Positions 1 to 6,574 of a stretch of DNA of 64,000 bases are shown here, in pieces. The position numbers and the translations under genes are program-made. The notes beneath the pieces were generated by a model that was given only the letters and a program-made list of their open reading frames with translations, was not told the origin of the DNA and did no database searches. The stretch is from contig JAXGZF010000007.1 of assembly GCA_040771865.1 (NCBI GenBank), positions 1 to 64,000 of the forward strand, read 5' to 3'. The DNA comes from Desulfobacterales bacterium (GTDB taxonomy: Bacteria; Desulfobacterota; Desulfobacteria; Desulfobacterales; UBA2245). Every line of letters starts with the position of its first letter. The first letter of the stretch is position 1.

Positions 1-1
1 G

Positions 2-205
2 TACGTGCCCGGCGACAGCCTGGTAATGATGGACACCTCGAATCTGGACGACGAGGAAACGCCCGATCCGGCCGCCACGGCCATGGAGAAGAATTTCTGG
101 CTGAGGGAGTTTCTGATCACCCGGGCACAGGGCGAGCGCAATCCGTTCGAACCCACGGAAAACATCCGGATCACGATCACGGATGAAGAGACCGAGGAGG
201 CTTGA
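2..205 (+). CDS. 3' end of an upstream gene (partial); probably the C-terminus of a large secreted cargo protein
   Basis: The frame is open from the window edge (YVPGDSLV...) to TGA at 203-205 and is followed by a terminator. The acidic tail contains FWLREFL...NPFEPTENIRITI. The cargo identity is inferred from the neighbouring export genes only. Confidence 0.6.
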   Translation, partial: YVPGDSLVMMDTSNLDDEETPDPAATAMEKNFWLREFLITRAQGERNPFEPTENIRITITDEETEEA

Positions 206-237
206 GCGGCAAACATTCCGATTGTTTGTAACGATTG

Positions 238-283
238 AAAGGGAACCCGAGTCGCTCTCGTCGGCCAGGGTTCCCTTTTCTTT
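238..283 (+). terminator. Rho-independent terminator
   Basis: Inverted repeat AAAGGGAACCC (238-248) / GGGTTCCCTTT (268-278) followed by TCTTT, about 30 nt after the stop codon. Confidence 0.7.
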
Positions 284-421
284 AACAGGGTTCTGAGGCC
301 GCCATTCAGCGTTGCACGGCTCTCTCCAACGCTCACATATGCTTGAATATGCTGCGCTTGTCGCATCGCCGCGCGCCTTGCCTGACGACCTGATTCTTGT
401 TTTTCAACACCCTGTTAAAGG
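280..421. repeat. MITE/REP-like palindromic dispersed repeat, copy 1
   Basis: 11-bp terminal inverted repeat CTTTAACAGGG (280-290) / CCCTGTTAAAG (410-420). Positions 352-421 match the reverse complement of 23164-23233 at 61/70 by hand alignment. Confidence 0.75.
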
Positions 422-549
422 TTGACAGTTCGTTTGGTTTAAACGATAAATCTAAAGGCTTGGGCATATACCGCAAGCGCCGGATCTTTGGAATCGCGGG
501 ATGCTTGTGAACCGGTTTTGCCCACCCGATCAAAACAAACGGAATCTTC

Positions 550-2547
550 ATGGCCGATTGCCAGACAAAACCAAAAATTATCTGGGATGAGCGCGGGGCA
601 AATCATGTCCGGACGGATTCCTGCACCATTGTCGGGTCGCGCGAAGAAATTTCCCTGCTTTTCGGCAACGAACCGGGAGGGAATTCGGGCGATGTCCGCT
701 TTACCAATCGGGTCATTCTCAATCCCTTTACCGCAAAGCAATTGTCGTCCGTCCTGAACGGGGTGATCCGGGATTACGAAGCCGTATTTGGCCCGCTGTC
801 GGAGACGAGTCCGCATTCGACTCAGGACGATGCGACCAGGGAGCAAAAATCATCCTTTCTTTTTCAACTGGTCAAGGAGCTGGATGTTTCCGTCGGATAC
901 GAGCGGTCTTTCAAAATCCTTGAAAGGTCTCTGCTGTCCGACCGCTTTCTGCTGGGCATCAGCAAGAAGGAAATCGAATACAAGGCCCAGGACCGGATCA
1001 TCCATGCCTGCGAGCAGATGGGAATGCCGCAAAGTCTGCTGGAGATCTTCGGCCAATGCCTGGTTGAGGCCAATTACGTCCATTTCGGTTTCGAAGATGA
1101 TGGCGCATCCTGCATTTACAAGGTTTATGTTGAATTCTGGGACCGCATCAAAGAGACGCTGAAAAACCCCCAGAATGCCGCCGGGCCCCACCTGCTGCAC
1201 CTCGGCTTCAAGTGGAACCCCTTCGAACCGGAGAAAAAAGCCATCACGCGCTATACCTGGCACCCCTGGCTCACCGAAGTGCAGATCCTCGACAGGGTAA
1301 GGGCCATAGCCGATCCCGGCAGGCACGGCCATGTCTTTGAAGCAGCGAAGGCGCTGATAAACATTGCCGCGGCGCGCATGCCCCACCAGGATGTTCTTTA
1401 CCTGGAGGTCACCGAAGCGGACAACCCCAGAAAATCGTTTGACATCAACGTATACCGGGGCGGGCTTCTGGTCGGGGAACTCTATCCCTTACTGGCCAGG
1501 CTCGGCCAGCATTATAACATTCCCTATGCCCCGTTTCACGAGCTGTACAATCAGGTCAAGACGGAAAGATTCGGCCACCTTTCAGGCGGCATCAACCGGG
1601 ACGGCAAGGACTTTTGCACCGTATATTACGGTGTGGCGCCGATCCAGGAAGATCGGACTCGCCGGACCGTCTCTACCGGCTTGGGCCGGCTCCGGCATTC
1701 GGACGATCCTTTCTCGGTCGAGAAAACCGATGCCCAGGCCGGCGTTCTTCTTGAACGGGTCAGAAACCTCGGTGTGCCGTTCGGATTCGAACGTTCCTTC
1801 AAGGTTACTCAGAACATCTTTCTCCCGGATCGCTTCCTGGCCGGCTTCGAACGCAAGGAGGTGGTACAGCGGGAACGCGTTCTGGAAATCTGCCGGAACA
1901 TCAACATGCCGGCCGATTTTCTGGAGCGCTTCGAGGAGAAATATTCTGCCGCAAACATCGTTCTTTTCGGCTTTGAAAGGAACGAAAAAGGCTTCATATA
2001 CAAGGCCTATCTCGAGTTCATTGACAAACTTCAAACAGCAGTCGATGTGAACCCGGACGACCCCGAACCTTTTGAGATGTTTACCGGCTTCAAATGGGAG
2101 GGCGACGATCCGTCGCGCAAAGTTCAGACCCGCTATACCTGCTTTCCGTCCTATGTCTTGAAAGACATGGCCGATCAGACGGCGCGGTTTTTCCTCCCGA
2201 CGACAAAGACCGAACCCGCCTCAATCGTCCACGGAATACTCGATCTGGCCTCGCACAGGGCCGGGCCGCGGGAATTTCTCTATTTCGAAGCAAACGAGGC
2301 CGGCACTGACAGATCCTCGTTTTCCATCAATCTTTACCGCGCCGGGCTGCGCATGGCGGAGGCATACCCCCTGCTGCTGGACATGACGCGTTATTACGCG
2401 ATTCCGAAGGATGCATTCCACCGGGCCTATGAGGCATCCAAAACACAGATTCTGGGCAATGTTGCCGGCGGCATCGACCGGCAGGGAAGAAATTTTCTAA
2501 CCTTTTATTACGCCCACAGGGGAAGTTCGAGAAAGGGGAAGCCCTGA
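550..2547 (+). CDS. DUF3467 domain fused to two tandem ABBA-type (LynF/TruF/PatF-like) prenyltransferase-like domains
   Basis: aa 1-85 (IIWDE...REEISLLFG...RVILNPFTAKQL...YEAVFGPL) clearly align with the ORF at 6152. An internal duplication of period about 296 aa follows (YERSFK..DRFLLG / FERSFK..DRFLAG; IYKVYVEF / IYKAYLEF; GFKW; GGI.R.G..F..YY). The prenyltransferase call rests on recalled similarity. Confidence 0.6.
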   Translation: MADCQTKPKIIWDERGANHVRTDSCTIVGSREEISLLFGNEPGGNSGDVRFTNRVILNPFTAKQLSSVLNGVIRDYEAVFGPLSETSPHSTQDDATREQKSSFLFQLVKELDVSVGYERSFKILERSLLSDRFLLGISKKEIEYKAQDRIIHACEQMGMPQSLLEIFGQCLVEANYVHFGFEDDGASCIYKVYVEFWDRIKETLKNPQNAAGPHLLHLGFKWNPFEPEKKAITRYTWHPWLTEVQILDRVRAIADPGRHGHVFEAAKALINIAAARMPHQDVLYLEVTEADNPRKSFDINVYRGGLLVGELYPLLARLGQHYNIPYAPFHELYNQVKTERFGHLSGGINRDGKDFCTVYYGVAPIQEDRTRRTVSTGLGRLRHSDDPFSVEKTDAQAGVLLERVRNLGVPFGFERSFKVTQNIFLPDRFLAGFERKEVVQRERVLEICRNINMPADFLERFEEKYSAANIVLFGFERNEKGFIYKAYLEFIDKLQTAVDVNPDDPEPFEMFTGFKWEGDDPSRKVQTRYTCFPSYVLKDMADQTARFFLPTTKTEPASIVHGILDLASHRAGPREFLYFEANEAGTDRSSFSINLYRAGLRMAEAYPLLLDMTRYYAIPKDAFHRAYEASKTQILGNVAGGIDRQGRNFLTFYYAHRGSSRKGKP

Positions 2548-2551
2548 GAAA

Positions 2552-3499
2552 ATGAACCTGACGGCGCCACCGGACGCTCAGGCCATGATCGGCGGCAGGA
2601 TCGATTTCAGCAGATACTGCGTGATTTCGATATGGTTCGGTTGCAACAACAACTGCACCATCTGCATGCTCGGAGCGGTGAAAAGCGGCCTGCCGGCGAT
2701 CAGCTACGAGGGATACCGAAAGGTCGTCATCGACATCATGCGAGACGGCCGGTTCGAGAACCTGATTCTCTCGGGGGCGGAAGTGACCACCTTTGACGAC
2801 TTGGATCGCTACGTGCGGTGCGCAGCGTCCCTGGGATGGTTCAAAAGAATCCAGATCCAGACCAACGGCAGGCGGTTGCGTGATCCGGAATATCTGGATC
2901 ATCTGATCGATTGCGGGGTGAACGAGTTTTTTGTCAGCATTCACGGGCTCGCGGAAACCCATGACGCCGTCACCCGCGTTCCGGGATCATTCGGCGAAAC
3001 CCTGGCTGGGCTGAGAAATCTTTCCGGCCGCAAGGCCAATGTCATCAGCAATACGGTTTTGACCCGGAACAATTTTTCGGAAATTCCAGGCCTGGTGCGT
3101 TTCCTCTGCGCGAAGTGCGTCAGCGAGATTCATTTATGGAACTATTTTCCCATGGAATCCACCGACAAACGGAATCTGCTGGTGCCTCTCGGGGATTTGA
3201 TGAACATAGTGCCGGAACTACGGCAGATCGTTCAGGCCGCCGGCAAGCCGCTGGTGTTGAAAAGCTTTCCCCTGTGTCTGGCCGTCGAGGCGCCGGTTTA
3301 CCTGGACAGTGTATTTCCGGTGACGGTGCTTCCGGATCTCTTCTGGAAACAGTTCGGGGAGTGCGGGTTCGGAAGGTGCGTGCACCGCGAGGCCGGCGCG
3401 TGCCGTACAAAGGAGTGCTGGGGCCTTTGCAGCGCCTATCTGGCAAAATACGGCGACGAAAAAACCCTGCTTCGGCCGATAACGCCGCCCCGATTCTAG
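2552..3499 (+). CDS. Radical SAM protein with C-terminal Cys-rich extension
   Basis: CNNNCTIC (CxxxCxxC), SGAEVT (GGEP-like), IQTNG, VSIHG...HDAVTRVPGSF; C-terminal CGFGRC...C...CWGLC..Y...YG. Confidence 0.9.
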   Translation: MNLTAPPDAQAMIGGRIDFSRYCVISIWFGCNNNCTICMLGAVKSGLPAISYEGYRKVVIDIMRDGRFENLILSGAEVTTFDDLDRYVRCAASLGWFKRIQIQTNGRRLRDPEYLDHLIDCGVNEFFVSIHGLAETHDAVTRVPGSFGETLAGLRNLSGRKANVISNTVLTRNNFSEIPGLVRFLCAKCVSEIHLWNYFPMESTDKRNLLVPLGDLMNIVPELRQIVQAAGKPLVLKSFPLCLAVEAPVYLDSVFPVTVLPDLFWKQFGECGFGRCVHREAGACRTKECWGLCSAYLAKYGDEKTLLRPITPPRF

Positions 3500-3568
3500 C
3501 AGGATCCTGATAGAAGCCGCGTTTTTCAGGCGCCGTAAGCCCGCACAAAACTGAAAGGAACCGGAGAC

Positions 3569-4429
3569 ATGCCTTCGATCGAATACGAAAGCGCCCAAGA
3601 GACATTTTACGATTTTTGCCTGTGGCCGTACCGGCCGTCCGTTCCGTATGAGAACAAGTTCAAATCGGCCAATCTGCTGTTTCATTCCTTTGAGGTCGAA
3701 GGAATGGACGACCGGGGCGTCGACATGGTGCAGGCCATTCGGAAAGAAATCGGCCATTCCCGCACGGTATGGGGAGTCAAACGCCTTGGCGAGGATATTC
3801 GGTGGGAATTCTATTTTTATGACTATCGGAGAAAGGAAAGGGAAACCTCCGTCGGCAGAATCCTGAAAACGTGCAGACCTTTTTTCGCTTGCGATATCGG
3901 GATCAACGAGAATTTTCATTATTTCATGTTCTCCATCGACGTCGATCATGACCTCGTTACCGGTTCGAAGGACCTGGACGAAATTCATCTGTATATCGGC
4001 AACCCGGGCAGCAGTGTTTCCTCCGGGATCTGCTATTCCATGAAAAAGCGGCACACGCGTCTGGAGAACTTCTACTTCTTTTTCGACGCCCGAAATCAGT
4101 GGAAGGAAATCCTGGCAAAGCTGTCCTGTTCGGTTCATTACGATGCCGCCCGGTGGAAAGCCGAGCGCATCCTCTGGCCGGAACTTCAGGACTGCAAGAT
4201 CATCGTTGTCGCCAACAAGCAGGAGAACGATGCGGTTTATTTTTCGGGCATCCATGTCGATCAGCTGATCTTTTTTCTCAAGAGAATGCACTATAACCCG
4301 GAGCTGGTGACCTTTGTAGAAACCAATCGGTTCATGCTGGACCATCTGCGCTATGACATCGGGTTCGATTACCGGATTGAGGGAAACGAGATGAAGATAT
4401 TGAAAAGCGCTTATTACGGGGTGTTCTGA
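3569..4429 (+). CDS. Hypothetical protein, aromatic-rich; possible prenyltransferase-barrel fold
   Basis: 286-aa ORF with a GGAG RBS; its stop overlaps the next start (TGATG). The fold is inferred from the strand pattern only. Confidence 0.75.
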   Translation: MPSIEYESAQETFYDFCLWPYRPSVPYENKFKSANLLFHSFEVEGMDDRGVDMVQAIRKEIGHSRTVWGVKRLGEDIRWEFYFYDYRRKERETSVGRILKTCRPFFACDIGINENFHYFMFSIDVDHDLVTGSKDLDEIHLYIGNPGSSVSSGICYSMKKRHTRLENFYFFFDARNQWKEILAKLSCSVHYDAARWKAERILWPELQDCKIIVVANKQENDAVYFSGIHVDQLIFFLKRMHYNPELVTFVETNRFMLDHLRYDIGFDYRIEGNEMKILKSAYYGVF

Positions 4430-6042
4430 TGATGCCGGAGAATGAGGAACACGTAGTTCTCGTCAATGCCGAAGGCGAGGATCTCATCGATGGCGACGGC
4501 CGAATCGCAACCCTGGAAAAGCTTGCCGCCCACCTTCAGGGCCGCCGCCACCGGGCGATTTCGGTCTTCATCTTCTCATCGCGCGGAGAGGTGATGCTGC
4601 AGAAGCGGGCCGCGCACAAATACCACAGCGCCGGCCTGTGGTCCAATACCTGCTGCACCCACCCGAGGCCCCACGAAATTCCGGCCGACGCGGCCCGGCG
4701 AAGGCTGCATGAGGAAATGGGCCTCAGTTGCCCGATCGAGGAGGTTTTCACCTTTTCCTATTCGGCGGATGTAGGCAGCGGGTTGATAGAAAATGAATTC
4801 GACCACGTTTTTTTCGGGTTTTGCGACGCCTCTCCGGCAGTCAATCCGGATGAGGCGGCTGACTGGAGATGGACGCCCATCGATGAGTTGCGTACTGAGC
4901 TGGTCGCTTCCCCCGATCAATACGCGCCCTGGTTGCGGTATTGTTTTCCGGCAGTTCGAAGCCATTACTACGAGCGCCGACCCGAGGCGACCCGCGACCC
5001 GGCAGGCGACGCAGGTCGGGACCCTGTCTTCGATTATCTCTGCGTGGATGATTTTCTTCAGGATATCGTCGCTGCCCGGTCCCTGGCCACGGCTCTCGAA
5101 CTGGGCCTCATCGACCGAATCGGCCGCCATCCCGGCGTCACCCGTGAGGATATGAGCATCGCACTGCGGATCGATGCCAGAGGCATGGCGCTGCTGATCG
5201 GCCTGCTCAAGGACAACCGGGTCATCGAAGAAAACGACGGCCTCCGGCTCACCAGGTTGTTCGAAAAGGCCATGGCCTTCCGGGATGTTCTGGAGGCCAG
5301 GATCGCTTTCGCGCATGTTGCCCTGCCGGATTTTTCCCGTCTTTTTACGCCGCTGATCGCGTCGCCCGATCAGTTTGCCCGCCATGCGAAAATTTTTGAA
5401 TTTTTCGGCTACAACCGCTGTTCCGAAAACAGCCCGACGGCCCGGGAACTGACCAGCCGCTGGATGCGGATCACCACCTCCCTGACGAAGTACGAATCCC
5501 GGGTCTGTCTGAAGCATCATGACTTTAGTCCTTATCGGCGTATAATGGACATCGGCGGAAACAGCGGTGAGTTCATGCTTCGGGTGTGCCGGAAACACCC
5601 GGATATTCACGCGACTGTTTTCGATCTTCCCCTGGTTTGCGATCTCGGAATGACCCATGTTCATCGCGAGCCGGAAGCGTCGCGGATCACGTTTGTCAAG
5701 GGCAATGCCCTGCAGGATGAATTTCCCGGCACGTACGACCTGATCTGCTTCAAATCCATGCTCCACGACTGGCCCGAAAAACAGGCGGAATATTTACTTG
5801 CCAAGGCGAGCCGTTCTCTACAGCCCGGCGGGACCCTGCTGGTTTTCGAAAGGGGCGCAATCGCGGACGAAAACCCGCCTCGGTTCTATTCCACCATCCC
5901 CCTGTGCCTGTTTTTTCGGTGTTTCCGATCTCCTGAGTGGTATGCGGGGCACTTGCGCCGGCTCGGCTTTCAGAACATCCGGATCGAGGAAATCGACATG
6001 GACATGCGGTTTTCTCTGGTAACGGGAACCGCAGCCGCATAA
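4429..6042 (+). CDS. idi: Type 1 isopentenyl-diphosphate isomerase fused to a Methyltransf_2-type SAM methyltransferase
   Basis: N-terminus: HRAISVFIF, LQKRA..KYHS.GLWSNTCCTHP, RRLHEEMG, ENEFDHVF (Nudix IDI-1). C-terminus: wHTH-like dimerisation region, MDIGGNSGE, VFDLP, KGNAL, KSMLHDWP. Confidence 0.9.
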   Translation: MMPENEEHVVLVNAEGEDLIDGDGRIATLEKLAAHLQGRRHRAISVFIFSSRGEVMLQKRAAHKYHSAGLWSNTCCTHPRPHEIPADAARRRLHEEMGLSCPIEEVFTFSYSADVGSGLIENEFDHVFFGFCDASPAVNPDEAADWRWTPIDELRTELVASPDQYAPWLRYCFPAVRSHYYERRPEATRDPAGDAGRDPVFDYLCVDDFLQDIVAARSLATALELGLIDRIGRHPGVTREDMSIALRIDARGMALLIGLLKDNRVIEENDGLRLTRLFEKAMAFRDVLEARIAFAHVALPDFSRLFTPLIASPDQFARHAKIFEFFGYNRCSENSPTARELTSRWMRITTSLTKYESRVCLKHHDFSPYRRIMDIGGNSGEFMLRVCRKHPDIHATVFDLPLVCDLGMTHVHREPEASRITFVKGNALQDEFPGTYDLICFKSMLHDWPEKQAEYLLAKASRSLQPGGTLLVFERGAIADENPPRFYSTIPLCLFFRCFRSPEWYAGHLRRLGFQNIRIEEIDMDMRFSLVTGTAAA

Positions 6043-6151
6043 AACCGCATAAAAGATTGATGTTACCGAAAAAAAAGCATATAAAGAGAACGTTTACAGC
6101 TCGTTTGGATCAACTCAAACCACTTCAAAAATCCAAAAAGGAGGAATACCC

Positions 6152-6490
6152 ATGGCAGATCAGAAAGATGAGAATGTCGATAAAACAGGGCAGGCGGCCG
6201 GCCAGCCCCGAATCGTCTGGGATGACGCCAACATGCGAAGCGTTTACTGCAATGTTTCCAATGTTGCCGGCGGTCGCGAAGAAATCGTGCTGCTTTTCGG
6301 CATGAACCAGGCCTGGCATGCGGGGCAGAAAGAGATCAAGGTCCAGCTTTCCGACCGGATCGTGATGAGTCCCTTTGCCGCCAAACGGCTGTCACTCCTT
6401 TTGAACAACGTGCTGGCGGATTATGAAAAGCGCTTCGGAAGACTGGACATTGGTGTTCCCCAGGCACCGCCATCGACCACCATCCAGTAA
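6152..6490 (+). CDS. DUF3467 family protein
   Basis: IVWDDANMRSVYCNVSNV.GGREEIVLLFG...RIVMSPFAAKRL...YEKRFGRL; strong RBS AAGGAGG. Confidence 0.85.
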   Translation: MADQKDENVDKTGQAAGQPRIVWDDANMRSVYCNVSNVAGGREEIVLLFGMNQAWHAGQKEIKVQLSDRIVMSPFAAKRLSLLLNNVLADYEKRFGRLDIGVPQAPPSTTIQ

Positions 6491-6498
6491 AATACCAG

Positions 6499-6527
6499 GG
6501 GGCTTCCGGGCCGGAAGCCCCTTCTTT
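6499..6527 (+). terminator. Intra-operon hairpin/terminator after DUF3467
   Basis: GGGGCTTCCGG (6499-6509) / CCGGAAGCCCC (6511-6521) followed by TTCTTT. Confidence 0.65.
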
Positions 6528-6574
6528 CATCGCTTCGACAAACAATATTCTGTGATTACAGGCACGGCTCGCAT

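Noticed and set aside
206..549. Short precursor peptide for the tailoring enzymes
   Set aside because: The region is occupied by a terminator and the repeat element; no convincing small + strand ORF with an RBS.
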